A stretch of 30,741 nucleotides of DNA from a virus (IMGVR_UViG_3300032216_001053:1-30741), one strand, 5' to 3'; numbered from the stretch's first letter, positions 9,433 to 18,445 are shown. Notes: a model not told the origin generated them from the letters alone. Made by a program: numbers and translations.

Positions 9433-9780
9433 TGTTGTTGCAGTAAAGCGGTGAGTAACCACCGACACGTCAGAGCCTAGTGCGTGGATAAAGTAAAGAG
9501 GTGATCGCTGATACCAGTCAGATCTAAAACGAGGGTAGTCAATATCAGGACTTAAAACTGTGCGTCAAAGGCTAGTAGGCTCTGCCCCCTGATGGGATCA
9601 GGCAACCGAACGAGATGCGAGACGTGGCAAGCAACGATCCTACTGTGACAAGGTAGGGGAGCGCAGTCAGGGAGCGATCCCTAGTTCTTTGAGATTTAAT
9701 CTCATTGGGCTTTAACTAGACACCCACCTATCCTATCGGGGTCTGACCTAAGTCCAAGAGGATGCAATCTCGCATCTTTT
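9433..9780 (+). ncRNA. Structured ncRNA or 5' leader, family unrecognised
   Basis: Gene-free stretch after the promoter with nested helices: 9449-53/9460-64, 9471-79/9576-84, 9508-13/9543-48, 9588-93/9597-602, 9613-22/9768-77, 9639-43/9653-57, 9669-82 (GCGA tetraloop), 9681-86/9714-19, 9690-9704. Confidence 0.6.
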
Positions 9781-9795
9781 ATGGAGGCTTAAACC

Positions 9796-9954
9796 ATGTC
9801 TATTCAATCACCAATAGCAATCGTTGAGATCTTTAATCGTCATTCTTACTACCCTACTGACGTAGAGGGTTTCCATGTAGTTCATTTTGAAGAGCAGTAT
9901 CAGCCTGATACCAAGGTTGGTGCTATTCCCGCAAACTTTTTCTTTTCACTGTAA
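9796..9954 (+). CDS. First early small protein (52 aa)
   Basis: GGAGG RBS; MSIQSPIAIVEIFNRHSYY...; not in the ORF track. Confidence 0.65.
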   Translation: MSIQSPIAIVEIFNRHSYYPTDVEGFHVVHFEEQYQPDTKVGAIPANFFFSL

Positions 9955-9964
9955 GGGGGCTTTT

Positions 9965-10219
9965 ATGAGCGCATTAGTACGCTTTGTAGCAGAAAAAAAT
10001 GGATGGAATGCCATTGTTGGTAGACCACCCTATGACTTGTCTGATCCCGCTGATCGTCAGCGGTTAGCAAGGCAAGTTGACTTTGAACTATCGCCTGAGA
10101 ATTTGACATGCGATGGTGAGTTGTCTCGCAGTCAGGTACAGGCTAAGTACAACCGCCTGATCAAGGTGTCACGTGAGTTGATCAAACTTGATCCGCTCGT
10201 TCAATTTGAGGAGGTGTGA
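9965..10219 (+). CDS. Conserved phage hypothetical protein (LSPENLTCDGE motif)
   Basis: Start re-called at ATG 9965 after GGGGGCTT; motif is familiar from phage early genes. Confidence 0.8.
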   Translation: MSALVRFVAEKNGWNAIVGRPPYDLSDPADRQRLARQVDFELSPENLTCDGELSRSQVQAKYNRLIKVSRELIKLDPLVQFEEV

Positions 10220-10314
10220 TGGATCACCTTATCAGGCTTGCAGTTGGCATCGTTGTTGCAGTGGTGGTGGGCAATATTTTGATTGCCATTGCCAATCATT
10301 TTTTAATTCACTAA
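10219..10314 (+). CDS. Single-TM membrane peptide (31 aa)
   Basis: MDHLIRLAVGIVVAVVVGNILIAIANHFLIH; GAGGAGG RBS and TGATG overlap. Confidence 0.6.
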   Translation: MDHLIRLAVGIVVAVVVGNILIAIANHFLIH

Positions 10315-10325
10315 TCGGAGGCTTT

Positions 10326-10424
10326 ATGCAATATCAAGGTAAGTTGTGGGATCGTTACCAGTGTTACTTGGCTTATACGGATGATCCCCATCCTAAAAGC
10401 TTTGACGAGTGGCTTAACTCGTAG
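10326..10424 (+). CDS. Small protein (32 aa) ending KSFDEWLNS
   Basis: GGAGGCTT RBS, ATG 10326. Confidence 0.65.
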   Translation: MQYQGKLWDRYQCYLAYTDDPHPKSFDEWLNS

Positions 10425-10498
10425 CAGTGCCCATCTCAATGCCTCCCTTGGGGGGCATGAGGATGCGCCTTGCATCTAACTTTTTTGGAGGTTCAATC

Positions 10499-10756
10499 AT
10501 GGCAAAAATTCCACATGGCATTTGGAAAAAAATTAATTTTCAAAAGGGCTTGGAACACGTTGAGTATTTCGGCATAGGCAACGACAGGGTTACCTATCAG
10601 ATTGAACGTGTGATTGGCAACCCGCTTTATAAGTGGGTTGCAAAGCACCCAACCAATTACACTGTTTTCTTTTTTGGAAAAACCTTGGATGAGGTCAAGC
10701 GCAAGCTTGATGGCATTCCAAAATTAACATCAAACTTAGGAGGGCTTTATGCCTAG
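10499..10756 (+). CDS. Hypothetical early protein
   Basis: GGAGG RBS before ATG 10499. Confidence 0.7.
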   Translation: MAKIPHGIWKKINFQKGLEHVEYFGIGNDRVTYQIERVIGNPLYKWVAKHPTNYTVFFFGKTLDEVKRKLDGIPKLTSNLGGLYA

Positions 10757-10853
10757 AAATTTTGTAGCTAAACATGCAAAGCGTTGCGGTGCGGGTAGCC
10801 ATACCCCCCGCAAATACAGTCGTAAAACTAAACATAAAGGAGTTGCACAATGA
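10749..10853 (+). CDS. Basic 34-aa peptide, ArfA-like
   Basis: MPRNFVAKHAKRCGAGSHTPRKYSRKTKHKGVAQ; GGAGG RBS; ATGA overlap with the next gene. Confidence 0.6.
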   Translation: MPRNFVAKHAKRCGAGSHTPRKYSRKTKHKGVAQ

Positions 10854-11413
10854 GTACTCGTGAAGAGTGGCTTAACTCAGCCGTAACCGAGTTGCGTTCC
10901 ATATTCGATGCGAACGGCTTTCCATTACCCGCACACATTCGTGTGACGTGCGGTTTCCCATCCAAACGGGCACGTAGCCTGTACAAATCCATCGGTGAGC
11001 ATTGGTCTTCCAGTGCATCGGACGATGCCACCCACGAGATCTTGATCTCGCCTGTAGTTGACGATCCTGTCGAGGTATTCGCAGTGCTATGCCACGAGTT
11101 GGCGCACTCTGCGACTGATGGCGATGGGCATCGTGGTCGCTTTCCCTTGTGCGTTAAAAAGCTTTGGCTTGAGGGCAAGCCGACTTCCACTGTTGCGGGT
11201 CAGAAATTCAAGGATGCCTTTAAGGATCTGATCGAATCATTGGGCGAGTATCCGCATGCTCGTTTAAATGTGGGTAGTACTCATAAAACGCAGTCGACAC
11301 GTATGCTCAAGGCATCGTGCCCACACTGCGGTTACACGATTCGCCTGTCTAGTAAATGGGCTGATCAAGGCTTACCTGATTGCCCGATTGATGGCACTCA
11401 GTTTTCACTTTAA
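10850..11413 (+). CDS. SprT-like Zn metalloprotease with C-terminal Zn ribbon
   Basis: HELAH...H zincin motif; CPHCG...CPID. Confidence 0.8.
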   Translation: MSTREEWLNSAVTELRSIFDANGFPLPAHIRVTCGFPSKRARSLYKSIGEHWSSSASDDATHEILISPVVDDPVEVFAVLCHELAHSATDGDGHRGRFPLCVKKLWLEGKPTSTVAGQKFKDAFKDLIESLGEYPHARLNVGSTHKTQSTRMLKASCPHCGYTIRLSSKWADQGLPDCPIDGTQFSL

Positions 11414-11431
11414 TTTCACAGGAGGCTTACC

Positions 11432-12913
11432 TTGAATATCGAAAAAACAATTTCACTTACACCTTTGGGTGTTCTCAATACTGTTCTCGCTGAGAACAAT
11501 GTCATCACCACCACCAACAAGACTGAGGCAGTCTCTGCGGTGATCGGCTTGATCAACAATGGCATCGTCAGTGTTGATCAGGTTCGTGCCAAGAAAGCCT
11601 CGCCTGTCGCATCTGTGGGCATTCCTGATGACGTGCGTAAGCAGATCATCGAGGCGCAAACTCAGGTGACCAATGCTCTCGCTCAGGTTGAGGCAATCCG
11701 TAAGGTTGCCGATGCAAATCTTGATCGTGCGCTCAGTCAATCGACACAGATCGATAAGCAGTTTAGCGATTTGGCTACACGTTTAAATGCTAAGGTCGAT
11801 GCGGTAGAAACACCTGATGCCAAGTTGATTGCCGACACTATTCGCACTGAGGTGTCCAAGCTATTTGATTCTTTTCGAGCCAGTTCCCCTAAAGAAGTCG
11901 TAGCCAAGGTTGCTCAGTCAATCCCTAAAGTTAAACGTAAGCCAGTGCGTGACGTGTTTGCGGGTCAGCAGTTGTCTTATGACTTCGAGGGTGAGCATGT
12001 CGACTTCAGCGGTCTTGAGGTTGAGGTATGGGACGATCCTAATGCGCCTGAGTTGGTTGCTGATTACGTTTTTAATCCACGTAATCTGCATCAGGCTTTA
12101 TGCGCTCTTGACGATTCACTACCCGATAACGTGTGGCTTGCGGGTGAGCGTTCCACTGGTAAAACTGAGTTCGTAAATCAGATTGCTAATCGCCTTGGTC
12201 GCAGATTGTTTCGTGTAAATTTTGACGAGGCAATGGAACGTGCTGAGTTTATCGGTGCTGACAAAATCAAAGCGAACGCTAAAGGTGTTAACGAGTGCGT
12301 GTTCGTTGAGGGTGTGATTGCCAAAGCAATTCAACATGCGGGTGCAATCATTTTGCTTGACGAGTTGGGCTTTGCTAGAGCGCAGTCTATTGCTACTCTG
12401 CATGCCCCTACCGAGCGCAGTCCGCATCGTTCAATTGTGATTGCTGATTCGGGCTTGCGTATTCCTGTTGCATCGCATGTTGCATTCTTTTGCGCTGATA
12501 ACTCGAACGGCTATGGTGATCAGTCAGGTAACTTTGCGGGTGTGCGTGATCAGAACACTGCATTCATTGATCGCTTTAGCTACACGCTTGAGTTCAATTA
12601 CTTGCCACAAGCTGAAGAGACTGCATTGATCAGCAAGCGCACAGGCTTGCCAGTTGATGCGACTGAGGTGCTAGTCAAGTTTGCTAATGTTGCACGTGAA
12701 AAAGCACGTGCGGGTATTCTTACTCAGCCACCAAGCTTGCGCTCGTTGTTTGCTTGGGCACGTGCTATCACCAAGGGTGTGCCTGTTGGTCTTGCGTTTA
12801 ATAGCGCAGTGGTCAATAAGTATCCCGCTGATTGCGAGGCTGAGTTGCGTGGCATTTATAGCGCAACGATTGACGTTAACAATTTGAAATCTTATTTATC
12901 TAAGGGGGTTTAA
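11432..12913 (+). CDS. MoxR/CobS/CbbQ-like AAA+ ATPase
   Basis: Walker A GERSTGKT, Walker B IILLDE, sensor ADN, AFIDRF; N-terminal coiled coil; TTG start after GGAGG. Confidence 0.9.
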   Translation: MNIEKTISLTPLGVLNTVLAENNVITTTNKTEAVSAVIGLINNGIVSVDQVRAKKASPVASVGIPDDVRKQIIEAQTQVTNALAQVEAIRKVADANLDRALSQSTQIDKQFSDLATRLNAKVDAVETPDAKLIADTIRTEVSKLFDSFRASSPKEVVAKVAQSIPKVKRKPVRDVFAGQQLSYDFEGEHVDFSGLEVEVWDDPNAPELVADYVFNPRNLHQALCALDDSLPDNVWLAGERSTGKTEFVNQIANRLGRRLFRVNFDEAMERAEFIGADKIKANAKGVNECVFVEGVIAKAIQHAGAIILLDELGFARAQSIATLHAPTERSPHRSIVIADSGLRIPVASHVAFFCADNSNGYGDQSGNFAGVRDQNTAFIDRFSYTLEFNYLPQAEETALISKRTGLPVDATEVLVKFANVAREKARAGILTQPPSLRSLFAWARAITKGVPVGLAFNSAVVNKYPADCEAELRGIYSATIDVNNLKSYLSKGV

Positions 12914-13911
12914 TGCTTGCTATTCATGCTAAACGTGGTGTCGAATCGACACTCGAACGTATCTTCAAAAACACTGGTCGTGCATTCGATAGGCTAGAGT
13001 TTTTGTGGAGCGGTACTACTGCGGGTATTTCATTTGAGCGCAATGGCAGTGCGTTACATGCCAAGGTAATCTTTCCCGCAATCAATGAAGTTGCTCAGGT
13101 ATCACGTGAGCGTTTCAATAATCTGATTGCTTATGCAGTGCATGAGTTGGGTCATGCATGGTTCACTGACAATCAGCCTTGGGACGTTGCAAGACGTGAG
13201 CATGGCGGGTTCGTTAGTAACTTGATCAATGGGCTTGAAGATCCTCGCATCGAGCGTAAAGTAATCGAATCAGGTTACGCTCCCAATAGCAAGGCTCTCT
13301 TCGAGGATTTGATTAACTCAGTACTTGGTAAGGATGGGTACGTTGATGCGCTTGATATTAAGAACGTGCCGTTCCTACTTGCCGTAGAGGGTAGACGTTT
13401 AAATGGCTATGCAATCAATGTGCCAAGCATCGTTAATGATGCGCCTTGGTCTGCTGATTTGCACTGGGCATTGGCACAGGCGCAGTCTGCACGTAACACT
13501 CAGCAGATCGTTGACGTTGCGCTTGAGTTGTATAAGCGTTTGCAACAAACCTCAGAGCCTGAGCCACCTCAGCCACCTGATGATGAAGAGCCACCAGTTG
13601 GCGGTCAGCCTTGTGATGATGGTGAGCCTACTGAGGGTGGTGATCAGCCCAGTGATGAAGAGGGCGAGGGCGAGGGAGAGGGTAATGGCGAGGGCAACAA
13701 GCCTAGCGATAAGCCTTCTGATAAGCCTTCTGATAAGCCTAATGACAAGCCTAACAAAGGTCGTGGCAAGTCTGACTTCGAGGGCGGTCGTGATGTTGAG
13801 CCTAGCGACTTTATCGAGCGTGAGATGAAAGACGAATCGTTTACTGTCGATAGTGGTAAGGCACGTCCATCAGTTGGTAAACCTAAGTATGCAATTTTTG
13901 AATGGAGTTAA
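12913..13911 (+). CDS. CobT N-terminal-like protein (HExxH) with acidic linker
   Basis: HELGHAWFT and NGLEDPRIER motifs, followed by an E/G/D/P-rich low-complexity tail. Confidence 0.8.
   Translation: MLAIHAKRGVESTLERIFKNTGRAFDRLEFLWSGTTAGISFERNGSALHAKVIFPAINEVAQVSRERFNNLIAYAVHELGHAWFTDNQPWDVARREHGGFVSNLINGLEDPRIERKVIESGYAPNSKALFEDLINSVLGKDGYVDALDIKNVPFLLAVEGRRLNGYAINVPSIVNDAPWSADLHWALAQAQSARNTQQIVDVALELYKRLQQTSEPEPPQPPDDEEPPVGGQPCDDGEPTEGGDQPSDEEGEGEGEGNGEGNKPSDKPSDKPSDKPNDKPNKGRGKSDFEGGRDVEPSDFIEREMKDESFTVDSGKARPSVGKPKYAIFEWS
13699..13757 (+). repeat. Coding 12-bp tandem repeat (KPSD/KPND)
   Basis: AAGCCT(TCT/AGC/AAT)GAY repeated about five times. Confidence 0.8.
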
Positions 13912-13912
13912 T

Positions 13913-14719
13913 ATGGCTTTCAATAAAGCACAATGCGAATCAAATTTTTCTTTTCACTTTGGCAGTCAGCCTAACGGCTTGGGTGCTACCCGCTCTAACA
14001 TCATGCGCCTGTTGCGTTCGGTTGACTTGATGGGTTGGTCAACGCATGAGGAATCAGGTCGCTTAGATCGCAAGGCTTTCACACGCTTTGCTACTGGCGG
14101 TACGAACGTCTTCAGCAAACGTCACCACATCGAGGCTCAGAAGTCTGCGGTCAGCGTACTGGTTGACTGCTCAGGTTCTATGAGTACTGATGGTCGTATA
14201 CAAACCGCTCAAGCGGTATGCATTCAGTTGGCTAAGTTGCTTGATAAGTCTAGCGTTGCATACAACGTGACAGGCTTTTGCGGTGGCAAGGGTAATGACT
14301 ATGCATGGACTAGCAATACGCTCAAGCATGACTTGGTAACACCAATTGAGCGCACTACGTTCATACCATTCAAGACGTGGAAAGATTCCTTAACCAAGGC
14401 ATCAGCCAAGCTTGGATCGATGCATGGTTGGGCGCATGCTAGTACCCCTGATTATTCATCTATCTCGTTGACACTGGAGGATCTAGCGAGACGTGAAGAG
14501 AATCGTAAGATACTGTTCTTATTGACTGATGCCGATGGCTATGACAAGGTTCACATGCAACATCTTCAAGGGGTTGCTGATAAGCTTGGTATTAAAATCA
14601 TAGCTATAGGTATTGGCTACACTAAGGTTGCTCAGTGCTTTGACAACGCACAGAACGTGCAAAATGTAGAGGGTCTTGCATCTGCATCGTTCAACAAGTT
14701 GCTCAAAGAGTTACGTTAA
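13913..14719 (+). CDS. VWA-domain protein (CobT C-terminal-like)
   Basis: SGRLD, MIDAS DCSGSMS, TPD, LLTDADG, IIAIGIG; GGAG RBS before ATG 13913. Confidence 0.88.
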   Translation: MAFNKAQCESNFSFHFGSQPNGLGATRSNIMRLLRSVDLMGWSTHEESGRLDRKAFTRFATGGTNVFSKRHHIEAQKSAVSVLVDCSGSMSTDGRIQTAQAVCIQLAKLLDKSSVAYNVTGFCGGKGNDYAWTSNTLKHDLVTPIERTTFIPFKTWKDSLTKASAKLGSMHGWAHASTPDYSSISLTLEDLARREENRKILFLLTDADGYDKVHMQHLQGVADKLGIKIIAIGIGYTKVAQCFDNAQNVQNVEGLASASFNKLLKELR

Positions 14720-14751
14720 TGCGGGGGGCGATGCCCCCCATTGGGGGTGAT

Positions 14752-14970
14752 ATGCAAGACGATTCTGACCAGTTCCCTGACCTGATCGAAAGCGTGGGAA
14801 ATTCCCTCACTGGGAAAGATGCTGACACTGTTGTTACAGTGTTGGCTTTGTTGTTGGCTAACGCAAGTTGCATGGGCGGTTTAAACGCTGAACATGTGCT
14901 TAGTTATGTTGCAAGGGTTATGCGTGGAGTTTACGCAGAAGTTGATCATGAAGATGAAACAATCCATTAA
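14752..14970 (+). CDS. Hypothetical protein
   Basis: ATG 14752 after GGGGGTGA; ends in ETIH. Confidence 0.65.
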   Translation: MQDDSDQFPDLIESVGNSLTGKDADTVVTVLALLLANASCMGGLNAEHVLSYVARVMRGVYAEVDHEDETIH

Positions 14971-14987
14971 TAAAGAGAGGCTTAATA

Positions 14988-15233
14988 ATGAATGTACTTG
15001 AACTTGAAAGACGTTTTCCAAAACACGTTGTAGATCACATGCTTGATGTTATGTATTCCACTCCTGTAAGTGATTTAGTAGATATGGTTTTTGAGGGTAT
15101 GAGTGATGCTCAAATAAACGAGTGGGCAAAAGGTATAGAACAGGATATTTTTGATGAAATTGCTGATGATGAAACAGATGAAGAAGATCCTGTGCATCCA
15201 TCCTTTGATCCAGTATTTAAAAACGAAAGGTGA
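14988..15233 (+). CDS. Acidic hypothetical protein
   Basis: GAGGCTT RBS; 81 aa. Confidence 0.7.
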   Translation: MNVLELERRFPKHVVDHMLDVMYSTPVSDLVDMVFEGMSDAQINEWAKGIEQDIFDEIADDETDEEDPVHPSFDPVFKNER

Positions 15234-15235
15234 TT

Positions 15236-15433
15236 ATGTCAAAAATTAAATCATGGAAGTTGGAGTTAACTTGGGATGACGGCACAGTCAATGATGTAAG
15301 TAACTATGTGCCTGTGTATACCAGTAAAGCAGTAGAAGAGTTCATCGATTATTGGGAAGAGCGTTACAACGATGATGACTATGGCGATGATGAAGAGGAG
15401 GAGTTACGCTCAGAAAGGGCTTGCAATGAATAA
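15236..15433 (+). CDS. Acidic hypothetical protein
   Basis: AAGGTG RBS; tightly packed in the operon. Confidence 0.65.
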   Translation: MSKIKSWKLELTWDDGTVNDVSNYVPVYTSKAVEEFIDYWEERYNDDDYGDDEEEELRSERACNE

Positions 15434-15608
15434 CTTATCCGCTGAATGCATCGAGCAAAACGATGCCAAGGAAAAGGTGTTGCATCTTATTCGTGGTGAC
15501 ATTGATGGGATGAAATACAAAATTAAATTTAGTGCGCCATGTCCAATGACTGCAATTGAAATTGCACGTAGCGTACCAATTGCGTACTGGGAGCGTGATG
15601 AAAATTAA
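15426..15608 (+). CDS. Hypothetical protein
   Basis: Overlaps both neighbours. Confidence 0.6.
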   Translation: MNNLSAECIEQNDAKEKVLHLIRGDIDGMKYKIKFSAPCPMTAIEIARSVPIAYWERDEN

Positions 15609-15762
15609 ACCAATTAATCCTGTGGTAAAGGTGCTTTCCTATACACCGAAACATGGTGGGAGACACACACCTTATGAGTTTAAAAATAAAACCAATCAAG
15701 CGGTAAAGTTGGAGTTAAGTCAAGAGGCTTTAGATTATTTAAATGAAAGGAATAAAAAATGA
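15598..15762 (+). CDS. Basic hypothetical protein (INPVVK...GGRH)
   Basis: GGAG RBS, ATG 15598. Confidence 0.55.
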   Translation: MKIKPINPVVKVLSYTPKHGGRHTPYEFKNKTNQAVKLELSQEALDYLNERNKK

Positions 15763-16040
15763 TCAACCCTGATCGTTGGTTGCAAAGATGTGCTGAAGAT
15801 TATCAAAGTGGTGACGATGAAGATCGTTGGGATGAAGAGCATGAGTGCATCATGCGTGATCTTAGAATGGGTGGTGTTGATCCAAAGAATTGTGATCTGC
15901 ATGACAAGATTTATCCATTGCAAAAAGAATTAATGCAAGCCCTTGCAAAGGATGACAACCCAACAATCTTGTCAATCCTGTATTCAGCTTTTGATATAGA
16001 AGTAAAAGAGATGGTTGATCGTGCGGTTGAAAATTACTAA
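15759..16040 (+). CDS. Hypothetical protein
   Basis: AAGGA RBS; 93 aa. Confidence 0.7.
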   Translation: MINPDRWLQRCAEDYQSGDDEDRWDEEHECIMRDLRMGGVDPKNCDLHDKIYPLQKELMQALAKDDNPTILSILYSAFDIEVKEMVDRAVENY

Positions 16041-16048
16041 GAGGACTT

Positions 16049-16273
16049 ATGGATACACAAAACCGATTGCGTTTGAATAGTGTTGTATTAAATGTAATGT
16101 CTGTTCAGCACTTGCTTGAGACAGAAAAGATTAGCGACAAAGAGGCTTTAAGAAATTTCAATCAAGCTTTTGATACTTTGATTGACATGAGGTTTGATTG
16201 TCCTGATGATGACATAGAGGGTTATGTCAATGCGGTTTGGGATCACATAGAAAAATTAACTTTTAAAAAATAA
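16049..16273 (+). CDS. Hypothetical protein, last gene of the early operon
   Basis: GAGGA RBS; followed by a terminator. Confidence 0.7.
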   Translation: MDTQNRLRLNSVVLNVMSVQHLLETEKISDKEALRNFNQAFDTLIDMRFDCPDDDIEGYVNAVWDHIEKLTFKK

Positions 16274-16278
16274 TAAAA

Positions 16279-16315
16279 CCCCCCTTTGACTTCGGTCATC
16301 GGGGGGATTTTTTTT
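16279..16315 (+). terminator. Rho-independent terminator
   Basis: CCCCCC..TGAC-TTCG-GTCA..GGGGGG followed by an 8-T run. Confidence 0.9.
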
Positions 16316-16398
16316 GCTTCAGGATTTGTTAGCCGTTTAAACTTTCTAACTCTAACCAGCAGGTACGCCAGAATGTACTGTTAGTTTAAACGTGAAAC

Positions 16399-18096
16399 TT
16401 AGAATGCTTCTTGCTCGTAATATGTGCCTGTGACCTTGTTGTAACCCAAAGTTGTTTCCCCTTGTGTACCGATCCAACGATAGCGACACTTCCATACCGC
16501 AAGTTCTACCCCATGATCCTTGGTTCTGTGGATGGTAATACCGCAGTCAGCCTTAGCCCACCATGCCATCGATCCACTGATTGCCATGCCATCAGGTCTT
16601 GGAAGATCCATTCCTGAGCGGGTGATCTTGGAGGGATGCGCCACAAACCAAATATGCACCCCATAAGCTTTAGCAAACGCTTGGATGCGGGTCAACATTC
16701 CTGATATAAATTCATGCTCCGCTTGACCGCCTTTGTTTTCAATGTAGTTATAAGGGTCGATTACTAATCCCCTGATACCCATGCGTACCACCGCAACCTT
16801 TGCTCGCTCTAGGATTGATTCAATCGTGGCGGGTTCTGCTCCCTCTGAATCCAAGAAAAGAAAATGATTCTCAACGAATTCAAATGCCTCTTTCTTTTCA
16901 TCTTCACTCATGCGATTACTGCCATCAAAAAATCTTTTTTCTTTGTAGATCTCCATCAAGCGTGAGATATGCACTTCGGGTTGATTCTCAAACGAACACA
17001 ACGCAAACTTCCAATCATGCGCCTTGGCAAGGTTAGTCATTAGTTGATCTACAAAGTTAGACTTACCGCAAGATGGATAGCCTGTCACGATAGTGAGTTG
17101 TCCTTGAGCCACTGTGTAAATTTCATCTACGTTTGAGTAACCTGTGGAAATTCCTTTTCCCGTACCTTTTCCCCATAAGTCATTTAAACGATCAGAGAAC
17201 TTGCTGGCGGAGGACAAGCCCGCTACTGGGTACGGCTCTGCCTTATCAATAATCTGTTTAACTAAGTCCGCTCCCTCTTTTAAAAAGACTTCGTTCAAAT
17301 CTTTGTAGTCAAACTTAGCAATACGGCACTTGTCTTTACCAATCCTTCGAGCCAGTTCCTCAGCAAGAGCCTGACCCGCAGTGTCGGTGTCGGTTGCAAT
17401 CGTGACGTAAGGCACTTTGTTCAATATGTCAAACGCATTCCAAACAAAAGAAAATTTCTTATCCTCTGAGGCATCCACTTTGCCATCTGAAACTTTCATG
17501 GGCGCACCGCTTGGCACTGAGAGTACATTCTTTACTCCGCACTCCATCAAAGTTAATGCATCAATCTCGCCCTCAACAATGACCACTGGCTCGTTGACAT
17601 CGATGTTATCAATCCCAAAAAAATCCTGTGCGCCACCTAAATCTTGTACAAAATCTTTTTCAACAATACTGCGATATTTTGCTGATACATATTTGCCGTC
17701 TCTGAAATATGGAAAACCGATGGCATCTGTTTTCTTTTCTAACTTTTGAAAATATTTTTGTGCGGAGAATAATTTCATAACCTCCGCAGTTTTTGCGGAG
17801 ATCCCCCTTGATTTTAAAAAGTCGTAATGTTGTGTTTCTAGTTTTGTTGTGTCAAGATTTCTCATTGGTATCACGTTATTCTCCGCTCGATAGATAGGTT
17901 GGTTAGTATATTTTTTAAATGGCACAAAGCCCGCAGTCTGACAGTGATGGCAATAATATTTCCACCCATCATCCTTGCGATGTATTGCTAAATCTTTGAT
18001 ATTGTATTTTTTCCTTTCCTGTGAACACTCAGGGCAATGAACACGATCTGAATCGTTAACACGCAAAGATGAAACTAATTCTGCAACAGAATTCAT
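16399..18096 (-). CDS. Bifunctional DNA primase-helicase (T7 gp4/Twinkle-like)
   Basis: Zn finger CPEC...CHHC, TOPRIM VEGEIDAL and DTD, SF4 helicase GYPSCGKS, VIDPYN, VAHP. Confidence 0.95.
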   Translation of the reverse strand: MNSVAELVSSLRVNDSDRVHCPECSQERKKYNIKDLAIHRKDDGWKYYCHHCQTAGFVPFKKYTNQPIYRAENNVIPMRNLDTTKLETQHYDFLKSRGISAKTAEVMKLFSAQKYFQKLEKKTDAIGFPYFRDGKYVSAKYRSIVEKDFVQDLGGAQDFFGIDNIDVNEPVVIVEGEIDALTLMECGVKNVLSVPSGAPMKVSDGKVDASEDKKFSFVWNAFDILNKVPYVTIATDTDTAGQALAEELARRIGKDKCRIAKFDYKDLNEVFLKEGADLVKQIIDKAEPYPVAGLSSASKFSDRLNDLWGKGTGKGISTGYSNVDEIYTVAQGQLTIVTGYPSCGKSNFVDQLMTNLAKAHDWKFALCSFENQPEVHISRLMEIYKEKRFFDGSNRMSEDEKKEAFEFVENHFLFLDSEGAEPATIESILERAKVAVVRMGIRGLVIDPYNYIENKGGQAEHEFISGMLTRIQAFAKAYGVHIWFVAHPSKITRSGMDLPRPDGMAISGSMAWWAKADCGITIHRTKDHGVELAVWKCRYRWIGTQGETTLGYNKVTGTYYEQEAF

Positions 18097-18111
18097 TAAG
18101 CCTCCTACTTA

Positions 18112-18417
18112 CTACTTGGTTTTTGGTTTATTTATTTTAACAGTGTGATTACTGTTGCGGGTAAAAGATCTGTTCGCTGATTTGGATTTGATCTTTAAAT
18201 TTTTAGGTGAGTTAGTTCCACCCTTAGATAGAGGCACGACATGATCGATGTCTTTGCCCTCACGCATATCCGCTTTTCCGTTGTGGTTTTTGTCCACACC
18301 TTTTTTATCTACTGCGTATCTTGCTCTTGCACGTGCATCACGTTCGGGTTGCTCACCTCTTGCACGTTGTTGTTGATATTCTTTTTTATATGGTCTTGGT
18401 TTGTTGACGTAAGGCAT
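18112..18417 (-). CDS. HNH endonuclease
   Basis: DIDHVVPLSKGGTN...NL...N motif. Confidence 0.85.
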   Translation of the reverse strand: MPYVNKPRPYKKEYQQQRARGEQPERDARARARYAVDKKGVDKNHNGKADMREGKDIDHVVPLSKGGTNSPKNLKIKSKSANRSFTRNSNHTVKINKPKTK

Positions 18418-18445
18418 AAGTATTCCTATATATATTGTTTCTATG

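Noticed and set aside
9433-9780. Group II intron or hammerhead ribozyme
   Set aside because: GTGCG and CCTATCCTAT-like ends are present, but there is no domain V and no complete CUGAnGA/GAAA core.
12688-12703. parS-like TGTTGCACGTGAAAAA
   Set aside because: Two mismatches from the perfect site and inside coding sequence; could be chance.
13403-13828. 141-aa overlapping ORF and other shadow ORFs (e.g. 60-278, 3454-3765, 8178-8624, 26824-27153)
   Set aside because: Alternate-frame or antisense shadows of well-supported genes, with no convincing RBS or protein motifs.
13853-13912. Programmed +1 frameshift fusing the CobT-N and VWA ORFs
   Set aside because: The overlap exists, but there is no clear slippery site or stimulator and the second ORF has its own GGAG RBS.
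11432-14719. Cobalamin biosynthesis (cobS/cobT) auxiliary metabolic genes
   Set aside because: No cobN or other cob genes in the window; generic MoxR-VWA pairs are often mislabelled this way.
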